From the human T2T-CHM13v2.0 reference genome, Homo sapiens: 64,000 nucleotides of DNA. Where the stretch lies: NCBI RefSeq assembly GCF_009914755.1, contig NC_060933.1; one strand, written 5' to 3'. Under the pieces are notes generated by a model. It had not been told where the DNA came from, made no database searches, and was given only the letters and a program-made list of their open reading frames with translations. The position numbers and the translations under genes are program-made. Positions 1-13,786 of the stretch are shown one piece after another (the first letter of the stretch is position 1; the number at the start of each line of letters is the position of its first letter).

Positions 1-410
1 GATAAGCAAATTATAATATTTATACAATGGAATACTACTTACCAGTAAAAAGAATAAACTGCTGATAGGTGAAGCAATATGGATGATTCTCAAAAAATCT
101 TTATGTTGAGTGAAAGAAGCCAGAACCAAGAGAATTCCATTTCTGTAAGGAAATGCTATAGAATACCATTTCTATAAGGTTTAAGAAAAGCAAAACTAAT
201 CTATGGTAACATAAATCAGAACAGTTGTTGTCTCTGGTGGGGTAAAGGAATTGGAAATAAAGAGAAGAGTATATGGGAAACTGAGCTACATCTTGACTGA
301 GGTGTTAATTACGCAGGTGTATACATGTTTCAAAATTCAAACTGTATGCTTAAGATTTGTTCATTTTACTATATGTGAGTTATAAATCAATCAAAAAACT
401 CAATTAAAAA
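1..410 (+). mobile_element. Old L1 (L1M/L1ME-type) 3' end fragment
   Basis: Typical L1M 3'UTR motifs (tacaatggaatactac, atgttgagtgaaagaagccaga, aaaactaatctatgg). Confidence 0.75.
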
Positions 411-478
411 AACCTATAGCCACCGTGGTACTGAAAGGTGAAATGTGGAAAGTTTTCCCTTCAAAACAGGGAAAAGAG

Positions 479-795
<317 letters not shown>

Positions 796-1435
796 CCAGA
801 AAAGAATAGGAAATCCTGCCATCATCAATCTCATTAAACATTATACTGCTGGTCTTAAGCCCACGTAATAAGAACAAGAAAGGAAGGCATAAGGATTAGA
901 AGAGGAAATAAAACTATTATTTGCAGGCAACATGATTGTGTTTAAAAAAATACAATATCTACAGATAAATTATTGGAATCAATAAAACAGCTTAGCAAAT
1001 GTGCTGGATACTACGTCAGGTTTCAAAATTTAACTGTATTTCAACACATCCACAAATATTTAGAGTATGAAATTCAAAGATACCATTTACAATAGCAGAG
1101 AACACTAAATACCCAGAAATAAATATAATGAAAATAAGCAAGACTTATACACGAATATCTATAATAACTGAAAGAAATGACAAAAGGACCTACATTACAT
1201 AAAGGAATCTGTCATGTTCATTATATAGTCTTCATGTGAAGACTAAATATGTAAATAATCAAATCTCCTCACATTTATATCAATTCAATGAAATCCCAAT
1301 ACAAATCTTAGCAAGGCACTTTAAGGGAAATTAACAAACCAATTCAAAAATTATATGAAACTACAAAGACCAATAATAACCAAGAAAAAACTTTTAACAA
1401 TAACAAAATGGGAAGACTTAGTCTACTAGGTATTA

Positions 1436-1937
<502 letters not shown>

Positions 1938-2750
1938 TCATTCCACATTGTACACATATATCAAAACATCACTTTGTACTCTATAAATATATAAAATTAT
2001 GATGTCAATTAAAAATAATATTAACTTTTAAAAGAGTGGAAAGATAAGGCACAGAGTACAAGGTAAATTATAACACATAACCAAAGAAACTGTATCTAGA
2101 GTATACAAAGAATTCCTTAAAAATAACAACAAAACAACATAGCCAAATAACCAGCAGGTACATTAAAAGATGTTCAACTTCATGGGTAATCAGGAAAATG
2201 CAAATTAAAACCAAAGCAAAATACACTACCCATTCATTCAGAATGGCTAAAATTAAAAAGACCTTTAATAGTAAGTGTTGGTGATGATATAGAGCAAGAG
2301 GAGCTCACACAGCAGATGAGGATGCAAATCAGTTCCACCACATTGGAAAACTTGGCATTTTATGCTAAACATACACAAACAATATGACCCAGAAATTTCA
2401 CTCCTATGTACATACCAAACAAAAGTGGGAGTATACAAACACCAGATATATTTACTATAATGTCATAGCTCCATTATTTGAAATAACCAAAACCAAAGGG
2501 GAAACATAAATCTCTACAGACAGTAGAATGGATCGATTGTGGCATATTCATATTACAGAATAGTGTATAGCAATGAAAAGGAGCAAACTACAGGTGCACA
2601 CAAGGATAATCTCACAAATACAATTGTTGAGCAAAAGAAACCAAGTAAAATATTAAATACACTCATGACTCCATCTATATAACTCCATGTATATATGTTG
2701 AACAACAGGTAAAAATGATCAATGCTATTAGAAGTTAAGATAATGGTTTT

Positions 2751-3067
2751 AGCTGGGCACATTTGCTCACACTGTAATCATAGCTACTCAGAAGATTGAG
2801 GTGGGAAGACCATTTGAACCCAGGTGTTCAAGACCAGCCTGGGCAGCACAGCAGGAAATTAGCCAGGTTGGGGGTCCGGGGGAGCGGTCCATGCCTGTAG
2901 TCACGACTACTCAGGAAGCTGAAGTAGGAGGGTCCTCTGAGCCCAGGAGTTTGAGGCTACAGTGTGCTATGATTGCGCCACTGCGCTCCGGTCTGAACGA
3001 TGGTGAGACCTCATCTCAAAAAAAAAAAAAAAAAAAAAAAAAAGGAAACGAAAGAAAAAAAAACAAA
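2751..3067 (+). mobile_element. AluJ
   Basis: Diverged dimer with gagcccaggagtttgaggctacagtg, A tail, degenerate TSD aagataatggtt/aaggtaatggtt. Confidence 0.9.
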
Positions 3068-3673
3068 AAGGTAATGGTTCTCTAATTGAGGGAATGGTGT
3101 TTGGAAAGACACATAAGGATGGCTGGCAAGATGCTTACTAATGTTCTATGTCTTGACCTGGATGTTTTAACTTTGTGATAATCCATCAAACTGTTAACTT
3201 GTATTTCTGCATTTTCCTGTTTGTTCCTGTTTTTCATGTTATAAAAAAGTTTTTCTAAACATAAAAACAAAAACAAATAGCTGGAAAAAAAATCAGAATT
3301 TTACACTTTTTGGCAGACAATTTTTTTCTCCACAAATTCCTTAGGGGGGAGAAATGTGAAATTTCCTATAATGATCAAGTGAGAACCCTGCCAATTCCTA
3401 ATTCCCAAGACCTACTCTGAGCTTTTTTAGGCATAATACATGAATTTCAGAAATGGTTAGTAAAAAAAAGTCATCATGAGCTTCACTAGCAGTAAATAGT
3501 CCTGAATGTGCCTCCATGTTTGATGTAATTATTTAACTGGGAAAAAGAAATAGCCTATATATTTTTCTGCACCTAAGCTTTCTAGTAAGCAAATGAGAGA
3601 TATTCACCTTTCAGACTTTAGAAAGATCTTTTGTATTGATAACTCACATCAATGGGTCTTAAAACCAGCTTCA

Positions 3674-3988
<315 letters not shown>

Positions 3989-4169
3989 TTATTATCACTA
4001 CTGTTAAATGAACAAATGCTTGATTTTTAAATCCTTGATACAAATTGAGACATTTGATACCTTTGCCAAAAGAAAATAGATAAAAGGAATCTACCTCCTC
4101 CACAATTCAGCAAGCACCAAAAGAAGTTAATTTATTCAACACATAAGGGTCACAACAGAATCATAAAAG

Positions 4170-4365
4170 CAGTCATCATTTACTGAGCTTTACTGTGTTC
4201 TGGACACTTGCTAAGTATATAAGAAACTCACTTCATCCTCACAACAATACTATGAGGAGGAATAAATTATCTTCCCCCATTTTACAGATAAGGAAATTGA
4301 GGCTTAGAGACATCAAATAATTTGCACAATTAACAAAGCAAGTAGCAGAGGGAGATTTCAATCAG
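4170..4365 (-). mobile_element. MIR
   Basis: Core ccccattttacagataaggaaattgaggcttagaga. Confidence 0.8.
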
Positions 4366-5769
4366 TTCATTGGTTTGGTGTGAAATACCTGATTTCTATT
4401 TTCTACTTTGTGTCTTTATTTTAAAATTTTAAGCCTAAGGACTATGAAATGCAGAGAACACGTATATATATGCTTACATAGATACACATGCATACGGGTT
4501 TTAAAGGCCCCAAACTACTCACACGTCATAAGCCCTGTATATAGCTCTGCACCAGAACAGAGCTTAGGTTTTCTCCAAGAAACAAAACGGACTTCTCAAT
4601 GATAGACGAGCAAGCCAAAGCACCGCATATAGTAAGTCTACAAAGCATTAACTGGATTAATTAGCAAGGGATTTGAGAAGCAGCTTGGAGCTAGGAAACC
4701 AAAACACTAAATTGTTTAAATACTTTGGCAAAAGATCAAGGTTTCTAGGCAGCACTGGGTCTCCTTCCATCCTTTTCGTTCCATGTTTTAACACATTTAA
4801 CCTGTCTGAGGTAGTTTTTCATGAGATATGAATGACATTGTCAAAATACCAAAAAGAAAAGAGAATTTAAAAAATACTGCAAGCTGTTACCAATTCTGCC
4901 AACAGGCAAGAGCCCAGGCAACATTAATTACAAATCAATCGCTCAGGACATAAACAGCTCTTATCACTGGTAAACTCTCCCTCTAAAATAACTTGCTTTA
5001 GAGGGGAAAAAAAAAAAAAAAAGCAAATGTCTCTTCTATTATACTCGGTGAACTAATCAGGACAATGAAACCAAATAAAACAGGAGAAAATGCACCAAAT
5101 AGCAAACGTGAAAAAGGAATCCTAGCTAGATGAACGCCTGGAATGCTACCAGAATAGCACTGTCATTTAGAAATAACGAAGAGGAAGTGGTCAGGGTAGG
5201 GACACTAGCTGAATGGGTTTCTGGTTTCCAGGAAGTAAGAATTTTTACAACGCAGCTGATTTTCACAAACACATATGGCAGCAAAATGATAAAAGGCGGC
5301 TTTCAACAATACAATCATGGTAGAGGTGGGGGGAATCTGTGTCCCTCTAGTAATGAAGGTAGTTTTATAATGGTCAAGCACACTCATCACAGCCCTCACC
5401 ACTGCCACACACACAACTATCCAATCATAATAATACATTTCAAAAATCAAAGGATCCTTCCAGAAGTCTAGTTCATCTAGACCCTATCCACAAACTACTA
5501 TTCGTTTACCTAACTCTTTATCTTGGATATCTGCATTTTCCTCTTGATTTCCAGGAAAAAAAAAAAAAAAAGAAAAAACCTGAGTACCTTTCTACTGCAA
5601 AAACTCTCAAAACACACTCCTCCACCACACACTTCGTTCACTCCGATAGAAAAAAATTAGTAGAAAAGAATCACTAACTTTCCATCAAAATACATTCTGA
5701 CTTCTGTTAGGTCCTTTGGGCTTCCTGAGGATATGGTAAAAAGTGGTATATGGTATATATGCTATATAA

Positions 5770-5955
5770 AAGTGGGGAGAGCTTCAGCTATGAAGCCTGG
5801 CAAAAGTGAGATGGTTAGGGGTTGTTTTCTCAACCTCCCTCAATAAAATGAGGAAGAAGGGCTATCTCAGAATTTGAGAATGAGAGATCTGTGTGTAAAG
5901 TATCCAGCAGGGTGTCTGACACACAGTAGGTGTTTGGCAGTTACTATTATTATTT
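5770..5955 (+). mobile_element. MIR fragment
   Basis: ataaaatgagg...gtgtgtaaag...tctgacacacagtagg. Confidence 0.6.
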
Positions 5956-6834
5956 CTCCTTGGTTCCGGGGACATGGTATGTTAAGTTTCAGGATAACAT
6001 AAATTCTTTCCTGAACCAGAAATTTTATTGACAATTAGATAAACAAGCTGTTAGCAGATTACAGTAGGGTGCTATCTGTTGATTTTGAACAAAATTTACC
6101 TCAGTATGTCCAGGGCACTGTCTCCAAAGGTTTCACGACACTCTCACATTAATTGTGCACTTTCATAAAATAACTATGAGGAAAGGCTAATGGGCAATAA
6201 TACCCCTGGGCTCACATATGAATTAACAAGACTGAAGGAAATCAGGGAGTTCACAGTGCAGCCAAGCTCACACAAATTTCTTGACTATGGGTATTTTATT
6301 CACCAGACTTGGCTTAATATGAGAGAAAAAGTAACACAAGTTCATTTCTTCAGTCAAATTATAGAGGGGAAAAATACGGTTAAGAAGAAAAAAGCTAATA
6401 TACTTTTTTACAAAAATAAAAAGGATATATAATAAAATACCAAAAGAAAGGTAGCCAAAAAGGTGGTTAAGTAAAATATATTATAGTTTGAGTCTAAGTT
6501 TTTCATATCTCATATTAGAGAATTTTTAAGTGACTTAATATCACATGATATTCATTTCAAATTTGAGGAAATACTAAAATGTTACTGCATATAACAAATT
6601 TCTATACAGAAAAATGTATACAGGTATACATTTTTATAAATAATTTTTAATGTTATCTTACAAATAAAAGTTGTTTATTCACATTACAAAATTTCCCAGA
6701 CTTTTTCAAAAGAAGTTCATTCCCTTTCTGTTTCATTTAACAGATAATTTACAAAAATAGTAATATAAAACGTTTTGGAATATTTATTGCATAAAATAGG
6801 CTACAATACAACTACATTTGTTATCTTCTATAGT

Positions 6835-7090
6835 TCCCTTACTAAACATATATTGAATACCTACTACGAGGAAAGTACTCTGAATACCTCATATTATTAC
6901 ATTTCTTATGCCATTAAATTCTCAAGATAATAAAATAGGAAGGGGATAGTAATTCCATATTACTGATGAGAAAACTGAGATCCAAAAAGGTCAAGTGCCT
7001 TGTCCAAGTCAGTTTACTGGCCAAGAAAGGGTCAGGATTTAAACTCCTCCCAACCGAGGATAAAGCCTGTGCATCTTATGTTTTGCATGC
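6835..7090 (-). mobile_element. MIR
   Basis: gatgagaaaactgaga...ttgtccaagtc. Confidence 0.65.
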
Positions 7091-7319
7091 TGCTTTCCTA
7101 TGTTCCTAGATTGTCTGCAATTAGAATAATCAAACGATCCCACCATTCCACTACATTCACAGACACCAGTGTCTCATCACTCAACAAAGATACTTCACAA
7201 TTAGCACCCCCTTGCCTGCCCCCAAGAGGATCGACCATCTTTCAACAAACCAGGTCAAGTTAAAGGAGAAAACACAACTTCAAAATAGTCCTGTTGCATT
7301 AGCATAACCCAGAAACAAT

Positions 7320-7519
7320 CAGATACCTATCCAGGGGTAAGGTATGGATACAAACATTATATATATGTAGTTTTTCTGAAAACTGAAAAACCAAACTATT
7401 TTAAAATTACTGTTCAACCAGATACTACTATCCAGGGATAAGGTATGAATAAAAACGTTATACATATGTAGTTTTTCTGAAAACTGAGACACCAAACTAT
7501 TTTAAAATTATTGTTCAAC
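7320..7519. repeat. Local tandem duplication, 2 x ~100 bp
   Basis: Copy 1 is 7320-7418, copy 2 is 7419-7519. They differ by about 8 substitutions and a 2-nt indel. Confidence 0.95.
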
Positions 7520-8199
7520 ACTATATAAAGAAGGCTAAAAGCACAATTTGGGAGCCCTGACTCTATCATGGCAATCTCAACCTAAACCTCAAGGTCAGCA
7601 CCTCTTTTCCTAAAGAAAAGGAAAAAAACTGAGAAAGTGGAGAACCTGCCCAAATGTAAAGACCAAGAAAAACAGTGCTAGTCTACTTTGACTTCAGCTA
7701 ATCCAACCTGATGGCATAAAACATATAAACCAATGCAATTTCTACACTATTCTGACACTGCTCCTGCACATGTTGTGGCAAAAAGACTGTACTATTTCTT
7801 TCATTCCTCCTATGAAACCTCTATGATGGGACCCATTAATAATCCCATTTTATAAATTAAAAATACGAAACAACTTGTACATCCTATCGTCACACAGCTT
7901 ATAAACTGGCTGTACCAGAACCAGAATTTACGCTTTTAACCAACCCATACTGATGCAAAACCTTGTTCCAACAGAGAAGTTGAGCATTCCAGAAACACAA
8001 CCTAACCATTAACCTTAAGCAGAGCTATTATAGACACAGGCAGCACAGTACAGACCTAGAATCGAATCAACAATCCACTACTTACTAGCTGTATTACCTT
8101 AAGGCAAGTTACTTCATCTTTCTGTGCGTTGGTTTGTAACACTTATAAAATGAGGACAATAATTAATCTCTTATGGGCTCCAGGAAGAATAAGAAAAAA

Positions 8200-8292
8200 T
8201 ACACACATACTTGTTCATCTGTGTATATATGTATATGTCTGTGTATGTGTATATGTGCGTGTATATATATAATATGTATATACATATATATA
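8200..8292. repeat. (TA/TG)-rich low-complexity tract within a MIR (~8035-8330)
   Basis: gtgtatatatgtatatgtctgtgtatgtgtatatgtgcgtgtatatatat... Confidence 0.75.
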
Positions 8293-9079
8293 AAGCAAAT
8301 AGAAGCTTAACAAACGTTAAGTTACAGCCACGAGCTTTGCTCCATTTCAATACTCAGTTATAAGAAAAATGATGATACTTGAGGAGCAATTGCAGAATCT
8401 GCTAGTGCTTTAACTGAATCCTTAGAAAACTGAAATTTGGACAACTTAAAAAAAATAGCCATATCAAGAATCATTAGTAACAATAGATCAGACCCAAAGA
8501 TTTCCCAAATGTCCTTAAATTGCATTAGATATGTTGGCCAATCAATCATTCAAGGCGGTACCTGGAAAGAAAACCTAACAAAGAAAATTTCTTTTTCCTT
8601 CTACATTCAGTTTCCTTGTACAGTGGCAAGTAGGATCCAATTATGGATTTAGACCCTCAGGAAGCCCTACCTAGGAAAACCTCATTCTGAAAGAAAATCA
8701 CTTCACCCTCACTCAGTGGCAGTGCCCAAACCCTCCCACTGTTTCCTCAGTTTGCAAATACAGCAGATAACGGAAATATTTTATTTATAGGGAAGTCCAT
8801 AGCACATTTAAGTAGAAATAATCTTTTTAGGTGTATTATCATCTCCACAAAAAGCCACACATGGGCAAGAGCCATATCTTTTTCCATGCAGACATGTTTC
8901 ACTCTGCTCACGCGGAAGGGGCAGTGCAGCAGAGCACCTGGAGGCCACGGGGACCATCCAGGTCTGGGCTGAGCCACACGCTCGAATCGACCTTGGGTAC
9001 AGACAAAAAGTGTCTGTTAACGGTGGGAAGCCAAGCTTGAAAGATCATATAGACCACTTTGAACCATTACCAAGATAAG

Positions 9080-9292
9080 TGGTGAACGAAGGAAGCCAGC
9101 AGAGGCAAAGCCATGATGAAAGAGATGAAGCCACCCTGGTGCATGACTTTCCGGTTCCAATTGGTCCTCATGAAGCCCAGCTGGTTTTGCTTCCTGTCCT
9201 TCACTGTACAACAGACCTCTCCACCTCTATCCCTGCCCTTCCTGAGCTAGTTTTAGTGAAATTCCACCCCTTGTATTCAAAAACGCCTTAAC
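9080..9292 (+). mobile_element. Degenerate MaLR LTR 3' part (MLT1L-like)
   Basis: gactttccggttcca...tgaagcccagctg...atccctgccctt...gagctag resembles the MLT1L 3' half. Confidence 0.45.
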
Positions 9293-11324
9293 AAGGACAT
9301 TAGCCCACTGCCTGGCACACAGAAGGGATTCAATTAAACACATTTAAAAAACAGGAGTACAAACCTTATAAAATACATGATGTTAGATGGGGCATTCTCA
9401 TAATTACAGTTTCCGCGACAGACAGGCCAATTTCCCTTAATCCACTTATCCAATAATTGTTAAGGAAATAAACAGTATTTGACACAACACGACACTTTAT
9501 TCCAATTTATCATCTAATAATAATTAAGCATTCAAAGCTTACAATGAAAGCACAGCTCCACAGTTCATATTGTTCTTTTAAATTGAATAATTTGGAATCC
9601 TGTGAAGAGTTCCACCTTACAGCAGATTCCCTCATTCTTGTGCAAATACAATCTGTCTATCAACATATTAGCATTTCAATCACCCTTGTTTTTTTCATAA
9701 CTGGGAGAAGCTGTCTTCATTTATTCCTATTGAGCATCTACCACCTATGAATTATTTCTGAAGCTAAGCAGTAGAATTGAATTTAAATCCAAGTAAATGA
9801 GAAACCGAAACTATTTTCAAAAATAAATGTAGGACACTGGTTCCAGTTGCATACTCCCAAATATTATAAATGTTCTTTAATGATTAATTTACTTTAAGGT
9901 GAAAATAATTTCTTTTGAATTAAATTGTTATAATAGTTAGAAATGGAACATCGACCCCATGTTTCAAGTGTTTTTGTCTATTTTTTTTTTTTTCAAGAAT
10001 TCTGGATCAATTTATATTCCTGGAGTAAATACATCCACCACTCAAAAAAAATTTTTTTAAGTCCCCTTTAAGCATCCCTTTAAGGTACTGACCATAAATG
10101 GTGTAATTTGCCCTGGACATCATTAAAATGTAAAGTTAATGAGGATTCAGCTGAAAACAGAAGGAATGTAACCTATTTTCAGGCAAAAGTTCTAACACAG
10201 CAATCAGAGGAAAAAGCTCTTTGATGTTTCTTTGTCTCTTCTCATTAATTTTTTTTGTCTCAAAAAAAAAAGACTATTTAAACTTAAAAAAAAGCACCAA
10301 AGTTTAAACATGATAATTATAACAGAACTCCAATGAGGTCGTTAGAATTTTTTATGAGATAAACAAGAATCAGTCATATATACATGGAGATAACACCACC
10401 TACCTGGCAGAGTTATTATAAGTTTTACAAATATTGTAAGTAAAATGTATAGCAGAATAGCTGACACATGAAAGGTACTCACTTATATTATCTCCCTCTT
10501 TGTCACACTCTGTCCCCAAGGGCCTAGCACAGTGCCGGTACAAAAATAGTAATCAAAGAGTCGCCATTATTATTATCACATATGCTGTATTTTTTTTCCT
10601 ACTGAAGAACTCACTATATTAACCCTAACCTTCTTTCCAAGATTTATGCAAGACTCAGCACCGCCTGTTACTAGGCAGGTGGGGCGTTATCCAAATAACC
10701 AGCATGGAGTAAACAGTCTCGTGTGACATTTTATCATGTGAAGTGCCTACACAGGTATAAATATTATATCTTTTCTGGTTTTATTGCCTCATTTTACAAT
10801 TATGCTACTAAAGAGCAAAATAGCATGCAGAATGTTAAGTGGCATTCTGCTGCTTGGAATTTCATCCCAAGGCTCCATTCAGAATAACAAATGTGGAAGC
10901 TATTTCATCTCTGCCCTATTGTGAAGAAAGTCATCACCTTTACTTAAATATATACGAGAGTTTGACTTTCTGCAACCCATTTTGTGCTAAGTGAAATCTT
11001 AAACCAAATGTGATAATTACCAAGGTGATGTCATTTAGAAAGTAGTATAGTGCTTTCCAGAGAGACCCTACCGTACACTTTGTTATTGTTATACCAATTC
11101 CATAATTCCAGTAAACAAAGACTAATCAGCAATAAGTGGATCTATCCAAGATGATGCACCCTTAAATACCATGAGAATTTAGAATTTCTCTTCACTCAAA
11201 CAAAAAATTATAAATTCAATAAACTAATCACAGTTATTTTAAATGTTAAGAGATCATCAAAATAATGTTTCTCCAGTAATTTTCATTTTAAAGGCATTTC
11301 CACATAAATTACCTAATTTTCAGT

Positions 11325-12290
11325 GTTTGTTCATTCCATAAATATTCACTAAATCTTCTTAATATTGAGATCTGGTCATACAGTGGTGAAGAAAATACTG
11401 GGTGATCACTACCCTCACAGAGTTTAAGGTCCAGTACAGAAGCTCAGGCAAACTAACAACTGCACAAGTAATGTAACTATAAGCTATGATAACTGCCACA
11501 AGACTATACAGTGTAAGAACAAGCTTACTTTAGGGATCTGAAAAGGTTCCCCCCTAAGGATGATTTAATGTCTGAAGTGAGACCTGAAGGAATTGGTGCA
11601 GGGTGGGTGGGGGAAGGTGAGAAAGAGGTTTAGGACAATGATAGTTGAGAAGAAATACCTAGTTTTTAAAGATATTTAGGTAAATCAATCAAATTTTTCT
11701 GATATATTGAATATAGAGGGTGAGCAGGAAGGCAGGTGACCAGGATGAAGGCAGTAGGTTTTTAGTTTGCATACCTGATTTTTTAAATGTGCTGCTCAGT
11801 GGAAGGGGACCAGAGCTTCATTCAGTTTAATGAGCAGATCATGAGTTAGAATTCAGACATTTTGAATTTCAGATACTTTTCAGGCATCCAAACAGGTTGA
11901 GAGCTCAGAAGAAATGTTTCATACCTCATTCATTTATTCAACATGCAATTCCCAAGAAACAATTTGTATTAAGTCCCATGTTTCTCATTAGGGAAAAGAA
12001 GGTGAACAGGATGCTCAGCTGCCCTTTGAAAGAAACAAGTATGTTGACAGATGTGTAGAAGTACACCAGAATTCAAAGGAAGGAAAGACTGAGTCTGTCT
12101 GGACAATCAGGGAAGGCAGCATGAAGAAAATTATCTTGAAGATAAATGCCAATTCCTCCAATGAGGCAAGAGAAAAGACATTTCAGACAAAGAAACAGCA
12201 TCTGAAAATGACAATTACTTTGCAGTGGCTGCAAGTACAATGTATGAGAGGTGAGAAGTAAAAGAAAAAACCATGAGGACCATATTTGCA
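11325..12290 (-). mobile_element. L2 fragments
   Basis: L2 3' end motifs (cattcatttattcaaca, tgaagtgagacctgaagga, ggcatccaa). Confidence 0.65.
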
Positions 12291-12824
12291 GAAATACAGA
12301 GGAGCAAGAAAATATTAATGTTACAGCTCTTTCAGAATTTGTCTAGGTTTTCTGGTTTAGCAGAAAAAAAAAAGAGAGAGAGAGAATGCTATGAACAAAT
12401 GTGTGCCAATGAATTAGATATATGAAATGGACAAATCTCTAGAAAAATACAAACTACCAAAACTGATTTAAGAAGAAACAGAAAATCTGAATAGACCTAT
12501 AGCAAGAGATTGAATTACTAATTTGAAAACTTCCCACCAAAACAGATGAACTCAGATGACTTTACTGGAGAATTCTACCAAACATTTAAAGAAGAATGAA
12601 TACCAATTCTTCATAAACTCTTTCAAAAACTAAAATATGAAGAAAAACTTTCCAATTCATTCTATAAGGCCAGTATTATGCTGATACCAAAAGCAAACAA
12701 ATATAAGAAAACTAAAAATGCAAAAATACTCAATATATTAATACTAGCAAACCAAATCCAGCAACACAAAAAAAGGAATACACACCATGACCAAGTGAGA
12801 TTTATCCTAAGAATGCAAGGTTGG

Positions 12825-13786
12825 GTGCCTGCATTAGGGCCAGGACAGCCCTTCCCACATGATAGTAGGATGCAGTAGTTCCCCAAGTCCCTTCCCCAAG
12901 CGAGAGAGATAGCCACTCAAGAAAATACCATGAAAGATACTGACATCAAAAAACTACTTTATACCCATATTTTATGCATATTTTCAATTATCCTAAGTGT
13001 CTTCATTCCATCATTCTTCTTGGAGAACTTCTCAATATTGTAAACACACTTGACATGGTTGTGCATATGTTCTGGTTTTGTAGCTGCTGTCAATCTAGTA
13101 TTATATTTAGTAGTGAAACCAAATGCATCCCCTAAAAAAGTTCATTATCACACAAGGTAACTTGATTTTTGAAATGCTGTATCTACCTTCTTTTGTCCTG
13201 TTTCTCCTTCCATGTAATTTTTGTTCTATATGGAGCTAAAAGAGTTGGTGTTGGAAACATTTTTATTTGCAGTCATTTTGTCTACTTTTACCACTGTACC
13301 TTATGTTTGTTAGAACCAAATCTCAAAAGCATAGCTTAGAGTTTTCAGTAGAAATGGTGTTACAGCCATTTGGGAGAATAGTCTCCAGATCATTACAATT
13401 TCTAGTTTTGTAGGAGCATAACTTGAAGCACTGCCAATACCACTGAGTGGAGAAAGACTATGGCAGGTATGGCCCATCTCCTATATGCTTGGAGTGACCT
13501 TTAGCAACATGGATGGACTTGTTATTTTACCATTCTGGATATACTGGAATATAAAGCAATTTCTATACAAGAACAATTAATTGGAGCAAAGGGAGAAAAT
13601 ATTCCTTTGCATATATTCCATAGGGCTGTGCAAAAATGTATATAATCAAAGTCAAGTAGTTCCATTACAGCACTGTGTTTTACGTAATTACAACATGATG
13701 TAATTGTAGCTTTTTAAACCATGAAACTCCTTGGAGATTGTATCTTCTAGTTAAAATAAAGTACTTACGATAGAATTTTTAAAAAC
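12825..13786 (+). pseudogene. PIGFP2: Processed pseudogene of PIGF (GPI anchor biosynthesis class F), probably PIGFP2
   Basis: From ATG 12930 to TAA 13578-13580 it translates across frameshifts as MKDTDIKKLLYTHILCIFSIILSVFIPSFFLENFSIL*THLTWLCICSGFVAAVNLVLYLVVKPN...WQVWPIS...WIYWNIKQFLYKNN*, the PIGF sequence. Intronless, with premature stops (TAA 13041, TGA 13163) and several indels. AATAAA at 13755-13760, short A remnant, and a 16-bp TSD AAGAATGCAAGGTTGG at 12809-12824 and 13787-13802. The P2 numbering is from recall of the locus. Confidence 0.93.

Noticed and set aside
5262-5290. cacaaacacatatggcagcaaa, superficially like the reverse complement of miR-15/16
   Set aside because: The seed does not match and no hairpin partner is evident.
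8747-9291. ORFs 9017-9211 and 8747-8977 (minus) with an AATAAA at 8780-8785, suggesting a retrogene or terminal exon
   Set aside because: No recognisable protein, no poly(A) tail or TSD. Part of it looks like an MLT1-type LTR, and AATAAA is common in AT-rich DNA.
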